In this document: piece by piece, positions 1-7,132 of the stretch
How positions within the stretch are numbered: the first letter of the stretch is position 1
Layout: each line of letters starts with the position of its first letter
Assembly: GCA_050012755.1 (NCBI GenBank)
Contig: JBEKGO010000060.1
Coordinates: 1-10,455 of the forward strand
DNA: 10,455 bases
Direction of reading: 5' to 3'
Origin: Candidatus Bathyarchaeia archaeon
GTDB taxonomy: Archaea > Thermoproteota > Bathyarchaeia > Bathyarchaeales > Bathycorpusculaceae
Position numbers and translations under genes: made by a program
Notes under the pieces: model-generated
What the model was told of the DNA's origin: nothing
The model's database searches: none
What the model saw: only the letters and a program-made list of their open reading frames with translations

Positions 1-115
1 TTTTAACAAACTCATTTCCTTTAAAGAAAAGAAGTCTTTCTTTGAGATGGGTTAATGCATGTTTGAAAATTGTCATATCTTCATCTTTTATAATTCCTTT
101 AAACTCTTTTGCCAT
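1..115 (-). CDS. Hypothetical protein, N-terminal part (runs off the left edge): MAKEFKGIIKDEDMTIFKHALTHLKERLLFFKGNEFVK...
   Basis: Hand translation: ATG at 115, open frame to the window edge, GAGGT SD-like motif just upstream. Not in the ORF track. No family recognised. Confidence 0.65.
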   Translation of the reverse strand, partial: MAKEFKGIIKDEDMTIFKHALTHLKERLLFFKGNEFVK

Positions 116-402
116 AGAAACAACCTCTCTAAATTATTGAGTGTTTGTTTTATTTAAGATTTATAATCATCCTACGACAGTTAACAGAGAACTTTCTCAT
201 ATGAAAAGCTGTAATTAAGATTTGTTGGTAACAAAAGATACAACTATCATTTAGAATCGTAAATAGACCCTATCCGATGAACGGTAACACCTTAATCAAA
301 CCGATACAGAGGTAACAGTACCTGTTTGATGCATCTAAAGTGCTAATAGTTTTTAATTTAGCCAAGCTTTTTCTATAAGTCCAATCTTTAGAATAACTTT
401 GT

Positions 403-720
403 TCAAGATTTTTCAACAATAGCTTTTATTATGTCCTCTGCAGGTTTCACTTGTCGAATTTCAATGCTGTTCCAGAAAGCAAAGCCTATGTCCTTAAAGT
501 AGTCCTCAACTGCCTCTTGGGAAGAAGCTTCAACAACGTAGAAAACAAGATGATCCATAACTGAAGTCCAAGCACTCAACACATGTACACCATGCTTCTT
601 TGCTCGATCCCAAACTTCCTCTCTTTTACCTAGCATTTCATTTAACTTTTTCTTAACCTCAGCATTAAACAATGGACAAGACTCAGCAGTGTGCTTCATA
701 TTAACTGCGAAAGTAGGCAC
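403..720 (-). CDS. Small ferredoxin-like-fold protein, GYD/DUF3303-like (105 aa)
   Basis: ORF 403..741. Start moved to GTG at 720, which follows GGAGGTG. The HTAESCP motif and the C-terminal 'HLVFYVVEASSQEAV...IEIRQV' pattern resemble GYD/DUF3303-like proteins (recognition from memory). Confidence 0.6.
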   Translation of the reverse strand: MPTFAVNMKHTAESCPLFNAEVKKKLNEMLGKREEVWDRAKKHGVHVLSAWTSVMDHLVFYVVEASSQEAVEDYFKDIGFAFWNSIEIRQVKPAEDIIKAIVEKS

Positions 721-887
721 GTTTGCACCTCCGATAATCAATATTGTTAATCTCTTTTCTTAAAACTTGTCATCGCTAATGGTGTGAAAATAGTGCGCAC
801 GCTTACAAAAAAGCTTAAAAGTAACTGGCAAAGCATCATGAAAACGATATATAGCAATCCTACCATAACTCAAAGAAGTGATTAATC

Positions 888-1112
888 ATGCCGAAATACC
901 CAAATTGCACGGCGCACACGCAAGGACCCGATAAGGAATGGGACTTTGGACGATTCCGAGTCAAGATGTATAGGTGTACTAAATGTGGAAATCAATTTAG
1001 AGAATACCCCAAAGAAAACACTTTGAAATTTGTGTTGAGCGCACACAACGGTGGTTTAGGAAAGACCAGAGTGAGCAAAGAAACAACAGACAAGCACAAG
1101 TCCTATCAATGA
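888..1112 (+). CDS. Cren7-like / zinc-ribbon small basic protein, putative chromatin protein
   Basis: The P-x-K-x-W...VKMYRCxxCGxxFREY pattern resembles Cren7-family PEKVW...VKIGLFKDPETGKYFR. The first Cys position reads Tyr (YPNC). AAGTGA SD-like motif upstream. Confidence 0.5.
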   Translation: MPKYPNCTAHTQGPDKEWDFGRFRVKMYRCTKCGNQFREYPKENTLKFVLSAHNGGLGKTRVSKETTDKHKSYQ

Positions 1113-1380
1113 CTCTTTTCTCACTTGAATATTGGTTCGTTCTATTTGCAACCCTGATTTTCGCCAAGCTTTAGATGCTTGTAAACTAAATTATGGCAGC
1201 AGAATTTTAAGTTGACAAGTCTTATAAGAATTCGAGACTACTTACAATACGGCAGCGTTTAGCGGTTTCGTGGCATCAAATCCTCTTTATCCATGAATTT
1301 ACCGCAATATGAGAAAAAACTGCTAGATTCTGCTTTTAGAAGAAGTATGAAAAATACACGATTAAAGGAGGTGAAAAAAA

Positions 1381-2040
1381 GTGTTGAGATCTAAGTATCC
1401 TATCGAGTATGAATTGAACCCTACGGAGATAGACAAAGGAGTGCAATGGCTAACATTGAGGCTGAAAAACGTGGGAAGTGCAACTCTTAAGAGGCTTGAC
1501 GTGGAATTGCACTCTCTAGACACCTTTCCTCTTACCCCTCTATTTCTTCCCTATGGAACAGGACACTACGTCGGAGAGCTTAAGCCAAATGAAGAGATAG
1601 AAGAGGTTTTCCGAGTCAACGCAACCGGAGTAGCTGATGTATACGTCACTATTATCGCACGTAAGGGTGGCGAAAACTTCTGGTGGGAATCCGGTTTTAC
1701 GCATATCTCTGTAAGCGAGGAGAAAGCAGAACTTGAACGTCTAGTAGTGCTTTCACACCCGTATACGACAATTGGAAAGACCCTCTCGGTCGAGGCAACC
1801 ATTAAGGGCTTGAGAAAAGGTACGGGACTGAAACTGGAATTCTGGGTGGAAACCCCCTCAGGAAAGTTTGAAGAGCAAGCCAAAATAAATATAAAGGAAC
1901 TCTCCGCAGGAGAGGAAGCCCGCTACACCGCTGAGTTCACACCCCATGAAACAGGGCACTACAGCGTACACGCGTATTTATCAGATGAATGGATAAGAAT
2001 AGGTCACAAAACAGATTTCGTTTTTGCGCAGGAAGAGTGA
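1381..2040 (+). CDS. Hypothetical protein with two tandem Ig-like (CARDB-like) beta-sandwich domains
   Basis: 219-aa ORF with a strong AAGGAGGTGA SD. Two halves share the L-x-P/A-x-E-E pattern ('LTLRLKNVG...VGELKPNEE' and 'VEATIKG...IKELSAGEE...FTPHETGHY'). No signal peptide or TM segment seen. Confidence 0.65.
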   Translation: MLRSKYPIEYELNPTEIDKGVQWLTLRLKNVGSATLKRLDVELHSLDTFPLTPLFLPYGTGHYVGELKPNEEIEEVFRVNATGVADVYVTIIARKGGENFWWESGFTHISVSEEKAELERLVVLSHPYTTIGKTLSVEATIKGLRKGTGLKLEFWVETPSGKFEEQAKINIKELSAGEEARYTAEFTPHETGHYSVHAYLSDEWIRIGHKTDFVFAQEE

Positions 2041-2073
2041 CAGCAGCCAAAGGGGACTTTGAAGTGCACCGCA

Positions 2074-2202
2074 CTAAGCACTTGGTACTATTTCTCCTCT
2101 GAAGACTTGGTACCACCTGTCTGAGCAGAAGCCTTGAAAATCATTGTCTGGCATGAATAGTTTTCCACAACTTTTGCACTTTCGCTTAGCCCTTTTCTGC
2201 GT
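2074..2202 (-). pseudogene. Cryptic or degraded zinc-finger microprotein: TQKRAKRKCKSCGKLFMPDNDFQGFCSDRWYQVFRGEIVPSA*
   Basis: Hand translation. CxxCG...FCSxx(C) layout, but the last ligand reads Trp (TGG) and the first codon is ACG rather than ATG. Confidence 0.45.
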
Positions 2203-2265
2203 TCACTTCTTCCCCTAATCAGCAAGTTATCTTGACTGGTTACATGTTTACCTCTAAGGTGAAGG

Positions 2266-2451
2266 TTAGCGTGGGTGCGAGTTATATGCCTCAGCATTAT
2301 AATGGGGGTTCTTAGTCCCGCAGGTTCCGCAGAATTTCTCCGTTAGGTCTATAGATTTCTTGCATTTTTCGCAATCGTACAGTAATTGCGTGCCACAATT
2401 CGTGCAGTATTTCTTCTCCATGCTATCTGTTCCGCATGAGCACCGAACCAT
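2266..2451 (-). CDS. Double zinc ribbon protein (61 aa)
   Basis: Four Cys pairs: CSC, CTNCG, CEKC, CGTCG ('KYCTNCG...KFCGTCG'). ATG at 2451 preferred over TTG at 2460. Confidence 0.85.
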   Translation of the reverse strand: MVRCSCGTDSMEKKYCTNCGTQLLYDCEKCKKSIDLTEKFCGTCGTKNPHYNAEAYNSHPR

Positions 2452-2640
2452 AATCCACAACTCAATTGTTAGTATCTGCCCGCATCTTTTAAGTTATTCT
2501 ACAATGTCAACTAATGTTAAGACTCAATGTAGAGACTATCAAGAGAAACTACTCAGAAAAGTTAGGGCGCAAACAATCTGAGAATTTCATAGCTTTTTTG
2601 GTTGGAACATTGATAGCAATCAAAAAGCTTCGTTAGTTTC

Positions 2641-2699
2641 TTGGGTTTGGGATCAAAATTTAATCCCCACACACAGATTAAATTTTAGTCCAACCCAAC
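2641..2699. repeat. Hairpin containing copy 1 of the CACACA(A)GATTAAA-TTTAGTCCAACC dispersed repeat
   Basis: Perfect 11-bp inverted repeat AAAATTTAATC (2655-2665) / GATTAAATTTT (2676-2686) with a 10-nt loop. Imperfect outer arms TTGGGTT.../...AACCCAA. Confidence 0.85.
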
Positions 2700-3013
2700 C
2701 AGCAGAGGAGCCAAATCAAGCCAGGCATCCACGTAAAAATCTTGAAGCAAGACCAGCAGAGCGGTAAATTAACCGAGGGTATTGTCAATGATGTTCTCAC
2801 CAACAGCTCAACACATCCGCAACTTTGGTAACATCAGACTTTATAGCAAACGTCCGCATGGAAAAAACCTTTTTCTATACTGCTGTCCCTATATACTCCA
2901 CAAGGCTATAATAGAGATTTGTCGAGATTTCTTAAGAAGAAGAATGCAAATCTATTCCACGCTACTTTGCTTTCCCAAGACAGTTCTGGCAAAAAATATG
3001 GAAGAAAAAAACT

Positions 3014-3655
3014 TTGAGACATAAAAAACCAATCATAATCGAGCATCTCGCCTATCTTTCGGTGAAGTACTACGTTTACGTTTCAGAGCTCTACCGTGCT
3101 TTAGTTTCGGCAAGAGGAATTGGAGAATCTACCTGTGGGACTTTAACAATCGAGTACCGCGGCATCATAAATGGTCAAGCTATCTTTCTAATCACAAAAG
3201 GCAGTATCGTCGTAGCGCAGTTCCAAGTTGAGGAAGAATTTCTGTTTAGAAAGAACATAAGTTTTGAGAGCTGGTTGGATACTGACAAAATACGCAGACA
3301 AATAACTAAACAAAACCTCAAATTTGATTCAATGTTAATTCAAAATTTGCGATACGGAATGAAGAAGGTTAATCTAACGGCAGAAGTTTTGGAGACCGAA
3401 AAACCCTGCCTAATACACACACGGTATGGAAACAATGTCATGCTAACTGGGGTCTGGATAGGTGATGAAACTGGAAAAGTCAAGGTTTGCCTCTGGGGTG
3501 AACAAGCAAACTTCCCCGTCGCAGGTGACATAGTACAAATTAAGCATGCATCAGTAGGAACTTTCAATGGAAAAAGACTACTGAGTTTGGGAAAATTCGG
3601 TTCACTTAGCATTCTACGCTCGTTAATTGTTGATAATGGTAACGTGACCGCATAA
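3014..3655 (+). CDS. OB-fold single-stranded nucleic-acid-binding protein (SSB/RPA-like) with an extra N-terminal domain
   Basis: C-terminal 'VNLTAEVLE...IGDETGKVKVCLWGEQ...GDIVQIKHA...FNG...LSLGKFG' is the archaeal SSB/RPA OB-fold signature (DETG..LW). Confidence 0.85.
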   Translation: MRHKKPIIIEHLAYLSVKYYVYVSELYRALVSARGIGESTCGTLTIEYRGIINGQAIFLITKGSIVVAQFQVEEEFLFRKNISFESWLDTDKIRRQITKQNLKFDSMLIQNLRYGMKKVNLTAEVLETEKPCLIHTRYGNNVMLTGVWIGDETGKVKVCLWGEQANFPVAGDIVQIKHASVGTFNGKRLLSLGKFGSLSILRSLIVDNGNVTA

Positions 3656-3893
3656 AAGCTCTCCAATTTCTTTTAGAATTAGCCTTTTTTGGATTAGATA
3701 GGGTTCAACAGTAACATGTTAAAGGCCAAGAGCAGCGAGTGTTTTTCAAATGGCGAAAGAATGGTGATAAGACATCTCACAACCCTTAACCGTTTGTTAG
3801 TCAACCAAGTTTGCTTAAGAAACTTACTTAAGTCCCAGTTTTCTTTGCTTTCAATCAACTACATTACAGCGTTATACTTAAAAAGAAAAGAAA

Positions 3894-4073
3894 TTAAGGC
3901 TTCTTTAGCGGTTTCGCAACCATAAAAACAGGGGCATCAACATGTCTTACCTTTTCTTTTCCATATTTTCTTTCTTTAATTAAATGGTGTTTCTCACATT
4001 TCCAGAACTCTTTTCTGTCATCTTCGTAAACTTTCTTGGTTTTTCCACCACATAATTCACATTTAAAACTCAT
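3894..4073 (-). CDS. Zinc-ribbon microprotein, 59 aa: MSFKCELCGGKTKKVYEDDRKEFWKCEKHHLIKERKYGKEKVRHVDAPVFMVAKPLKKP
   Basis: Hand translation, ATG 4073 to TAA 3894. CxxCGG...CxxH ligand set. Not in the ORF track. Confidence 0.7.
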   Translation of the reverse strand: MSFKCELCGGKTKKVYEDDRKEFWKCEKHHLIKERKYGKEKVRHVDAPVFMVAKPLKKP

Positions 4074-4313
4074 GTACTAAGCTTCCTGCTTGCGTTCTTG
4101 AACTTTAGCTACTATAACCCAAAAGCTACTCTTACAGCTTTCTAAGTCCTCTTTTTTCTCTTTTTTCCTCTTCAGAGCAGGTTTGGTTTTTTATTATTCT
4201 ATTGTTATGCTTTTAAGAATTGCCTAAACACCTTATTCAAGCATTCAGACTTGACTATAACTTGTGTGTCCCATACTCAGTGTCAAAACACAGTAGCAAC
4301 AAAAGAAGAGACT

Positions 4314-4637
4314 TCATTTCGGAATCATACACAGTAGCCTCAATGTTTTTTCGCTTGTGTTTCTTACCTGATGAGTTTCTCCAGCTGGAATAGAAATGGC
4401 ATTTCCAGCAACAACCACTTTTGTTTCTTTTTCTCCAACTACAGAACCCTGACCTTCAAGCACAAACATCTCATGCTCCCAAGGATGACTATGCAACGGA
4501 CTGTAACCACCTAGCTCAAATTCACAGTGTTTAACTGCAAAATTCTCTGAACCACTGGTATTAAGCCATTTCATCTTAAGTTTGAAGCCTTCTTCAACTT
4601 CCTTTGCTTCTACGTCTTGGTAATGAACAATTTTCAT
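4314..4637 (-). CDS. Cupin domain protein (Cupin_2-like)
   Basis: Cupin motif 1 'GGYSPLHSHPWEHEMFVLEGQG' and motif 2 'GNAISIPAGETHQVRN'. Confidence 0.93.
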   Translation of the reverse strand: MKIVHYQDVEAKEVEEGFKLKMKWLNTSGSENFAVKHCEFELGGYSPLHSHPWEHEMFVLEGQGSVVGEKETKVVVAGNAISIPAGETHQVRNTSEKTLRLLCMIPK

Positions 4638-4697
4638 CTAACCAAGCACCAGTTCAATCTTGACAAGAAGAGTTATAAACTTGCTGAATACCCATAA

Positions 4698-4717
4698 GAA
4701 CACACAAGATTAAAATT
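4698..4717 (+). repeat. Copy 2 (short) of the dispersed repeat: GAACACACAAGATTAAAATT
   Basis: Matches 6041-6064 except for two fewer CA units. Confidence 0.75.
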
Positions 4718-4764
4718 AAATACCTAACTGCTACACTTTTAAAACTTGTTCAGTTAACCCGAAG

Positions 4765-4869
4765 ATGCCAAATGGTCACTATCCAGAATACGAATGCTTC
4801 ATAGCTAAAAAAAGCAGTGAGTATAAGCATAAGAGCAATGAGTGTAAAAATGAGAAAAGAGTTAGATGA
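4765..4869 (+). CDS. Possible 34-aa microprotein: MPNGHYPEYECFIAKKSSEYKHKSNECKNEKRVR
   Basis: TTTTAAAA (4737-4744) starts 28 nt before the ATG, which fits a leaderless transcript. The stop overlaps the next ATG (ATGA). Confidence 0.3.
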   Translation: MPNGHYPEYECFIAKKSSEYKHKSNECKNEKRVR

Positions 4870-5006
4870 AAATGTGTCAATATAGAGCAGGTTTGGTTAA
4901 GAACTGTCGCAGGTGCAAATCGAGTATTCGACTTAATTGCCCGATTAGAAAGAAAGTGAAAAAGAAAACCTACAGCGACACCCAAAAGAGGGGCGAAAAT
5001 AAATAA
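4866..5006 (+). CDS. Possible 46-aa basic Cys4 microprotein: MKMCQYRAGLVKNCRRCKSSIRLNCPIRKKVKKKTYSDTQKRGENK
   Basis: Hand translation. C-x9-C-x2-C-x7-C with a Lys/Arg-rich tail. Confidence 0.4.
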   Translation: MKMCQYRAGLVKNCRRCKSSIRLNCPIRKKVKKKTYSDTQKRGENK

Positions 5007-5046
5007 CAACTACAAAGAGTGAAGCCAAATAACAACGGAGAAAAAA

Positions 5047-5172
5047 TTGAATAACGTTTTATGTCCAAGGTGTCCTTATTGTGGTAGCACTCGCCTTCAA
5101 GAAGATGAAGATACCGTTAAGTGTCTTGATTGTGGCATGGGGAAGTATAAGAAAGGTAAGCATAAGCAGTGA
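5047..5172 (+). CDS. TFIIB-type zinc-ribbon microprotein, 41 aa: MNNVLCPRCPYCGSTRLQEDEDTVKCLDCGMGKYKKGKHKQ
   Basis: TTG start 6 nt after a GGAG SD. CPxCGS...VxCxxCG zinc-ribbon pattern. Not in the ORF track. Confidence 0.7.
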   Translation: MNNVLCPRCPYCGSTRLQEDEDTVKCLDCGMGKYKKGKHKQ

Positions 5173-5228
5173 AGTATTGTAAATAATTACTTGAGTAATG
5201 ATATGGAAAAACATTGGATAATTTGGTC

Positions 5229-5420
5229 ATGTTCGAATCTAATGGAAGCCCACGTAGCAATTGGGGAAGCAATCTACCTTACGAGTGCCTTCGATGCGGA
5301 GAAACCACAATGGACGAAAACATAGAGGAGAGAAACGGCCTAATCAAATGTATCGTATGCGGATACAGAGTTTTAAAGAAGACGAAACCGCCAGTTGTAA
5401 AGAGAGTTCTTGCAAGATGA
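5229..5420 (+). CDS. rpoP: DNA-directed RNA polymerase subunit P (Rpo12), possibly a paralog
   Basis: YxCxxCG...IKCxxCGYRVLKKxKPPVVKRVxAR signature. ATG at 5229 preferred over TTG at 5214. Confidence 0.88.
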   Translation: MFESNGSPRSNWGSNLPYECLRCGETTMDENIEERNGLIKCIVCGYRVLKKTKPPVVKRVLAR

Positions 5421-5589
5421 TGTAAGAATTTTGCATCAAAATTGTGTCTTTTTAAGTCAATATAGCTCCTGCCTCTTATACGTTTTTGGAGAAGGAAACT
5501 AAAGCAAAAGAAGCTTCAAGAGAAAACAAGAATAGCCAAAACATGTGCCGCGCTTTATGTTTGCTTAGCGCGTGTTTCGCAAAGTATTC

Positions 5590-5877
5590 CTACGCTTTTG
5601 TAAGCATTATTTCAATTGTTGAAACCATACGTGCTCTGGTTTCGCCTTCTCTTGGCGGCATCTCCTCTGTTCCTATCACGATCTTGTTTACTTTCAGGTC
5701 TTTTATGAAGCGATTTCTCGTTATTTCAGCTGCGTCAACAGCTGTGGCTATTGCTTGTCCTCTCGCCTTCAAGGTTATTTCTTTAGCATCGCTCGCCGAC
5801 AGCTCTGTAATAATCGCTAGAACATAGTCCATTGGCATTTTCTTTCCAACGAAAACAATTTTTGATTTTTCCGACAT
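5590..5877 (-). CDS. albA: DNA/RNA-binding chromatin protein Alba
   Basis: 'VFVGKK..MDYVLA', 'LKARGQAIATAVDAAE', 'IGTE' and 'VSTIEI' motifs. GGTGA SD upstream. Confidence 0.95.
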   Translation of the reverse strand: MSEKSKIVFVGKKMPMDYVLAIITELSASDAKEITLKARGQAIATAVDAAEITRNRFIKDLKVNKIVIGTEEMPPREGETRARMVSTIEIMLTKA

Positions 5878-6040
5878 TTTCCATCACCATTTAATCATAA
5901 CGTTAACGCCCTATACTACGCAAACTTACCTATAAAGCGATTAAACAACAGAGCAGCACATGCGATAACAAACATTCCCAACAGTTCTTAGCTCCCTGCC
6001 TTGCTCAAGCAGCCTCTTTTTCAGGCAGGTTCACGTCGTT

Positions 6041-6077
6041 GAACACACACACAAGATTAAAATTTAGTCCAACCAAC
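6041..6077 (+). repeat. Copy 3 of the dispersed repeat: GAACACACACACAAGATTAAAATTTAGTCCAACCAAC
   Basis: 6046-6077 aligns with 2668-2699 with two single-base indels and one substitution. Confidence 0.85.
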
Positions 6078-6080
6078 ATA

Positions 6081-6500
6081 AAAATTAGAAAAAGTTAGAC
6101 CTTTTTTGAAAAAGGTTGAATGGTTTAATATTAGGTTTAAAAATTCTAAAAAAAGGCAAAAAATGTTCAGGGCAGAAAAGTGAAGGCTAACAGGGATTAA
6201 GCATTTTCGTTTTTCCAGATTTTTGTTCTTTGTAGTTCAGGTTGCTTTTCTGCTCAAAAGCTTGATTTCTTTGCAGGTTGAGTAAACAGAAGCACACTGA
6301 AGTAAAAGGAAGCAAACACAAGCACAAGAATGTAAACCTGCGCAACCCAAAGCAAACACTTTCATTTTTTGTTCACTATGGTTAGCTCAGGGCTTGATTT
6401 CTCTGCAGGCTGCGGCTCCACGCGGTTTTATACGTCTCCCTGCGGCTCTATGCGTCTCTGCCCGTCTCGTTGCGTCTCCCTGCGTCCCAAAATGTCCTCC
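6081..6500. repeat. Composite phased-repeat locus A: A-rich array (6081-6200), 60-bp box (6221-6280), 8x10-bp GYAMA array (6281-6360), shortened box (6367-6412), 9x10-bp CGTCTC array (6411-6500)
   Basis: Motifs line up in consecutive 10-nt columns. Homologous to 9919-10204. Confidence 0.9.
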
Positions 6501-6582
6501 CTGAACTAGGCAAATCTGTAGCATGAAGGACTTAAAATCTAAAACTTCTTAAAAAAGAAAAACGGAGCTCATAGCTGCGTTT

Positions 6583-6951
6583 CTACCTTGCGAGCAATCC
6601 ACCAATGAATCCGCCAATCGTTGAGGCAATCGCTCCAAAGATCGCAAGAATAATCGCTATTACTCCAATTGCCAAACCAGCCAAGCCACCGAAAAGACCA
6701 CCCAGGATTCCACCAGCGACTCCTCCGACAACTGCAAGACCGAGAATTGCGAGGATCGCAATGATTATGCCGCCAAATATGCCTGCAAGAAAACCTGCCA
6801 ATGCTCCTCTCAACATCCCCCCGCGAGCTATGATGCCTGCCACAAAACCACCTATAAGTCCCCCTATTAGGTGTCCAATGCCTGGAAAGAGAAAACCAAG
6901 AACCAATGTTATTAAGAAACCAACGAAAGCTCCAAGCCACAAACTGCCCAA
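6583..6951 (-). CDS. Gly-rich small membrane protein (DUF5518-like)
   Basis: Hydrophobic helices with many GxxxG motifs, 'GALAGFLAGIFG' and C-terminal 'IGGFIGGLL'. GGAGGTGA SD before the TTG start. Confidence 0.85.
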   Translation of the reverse strand: MGSLWLGAFVGFLITLVLGFLFPGIGHLIGGLIGGFVAGIIARGGMLRGALAGFLAGIFGGIIIAILAILGLAVVGGVAGGILGGLFGGLAGLAIGVIAIILAIFGAIASTIGGFIGGLLAR

Positions 6952-7108
6952 AAAATCACCTCCGTTTTTTTCCTCCCAAATCTTTGTCTGGAATACTTAG
7001 GATAAAAGTTTTTTTATGTTTATTCAAGCGCATTTTCTCTTTCTACTAATTCCAGAGCCTCAGGAAACCCTTGAGGTTAAATTTTTCAGTTCAACTCATG
7101 GTCCAATT

Positions 7109-7132
7109 TGGACCACTGCAGGATTTGAACCC
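7109..7132 (-). other. Degenerate tRNA 3'-end-like sequence (possible att remnant)
   Basis: Minus strand reads GGGTTCAAATCCTGCAGTGGTCCA, i.e. a T-loop plus an acceptor-like end. No 5' tRNA half found. Confidence 0.35.

Noticed and set aside
2699-2722. Possible inverted fragment of the 60-bp box (CCAGCAGAG...AAATCAAGCC)
   Set aside because: Requires a 5-nt gap and covers only about 19 nt, too weak to call without a profile search.
4174-4898. Exact 15-bp direct repeat AGAGCAGGTTTGGTT (4174-4188, 4884-4898) around the cupin gene
   Set aside because: A single 15-mer match in 10 kb is only marginally unexpected. The flanks do not extend and there are no other element hallmarks.
5501-5540. Short 10-bp-phased AAG run between rpoP and alba
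   Set aside because: Only 3-4 units in A-rich sequence with no adjacent box. It could simply be the alba terminator region.
6569-7000. ORFs 6569..6940 (-) and 6605..7000 (+)
   Set aside because: Alternative-frame and antisense shadows of the Gly-rich membrane protein gene, which has the SD.
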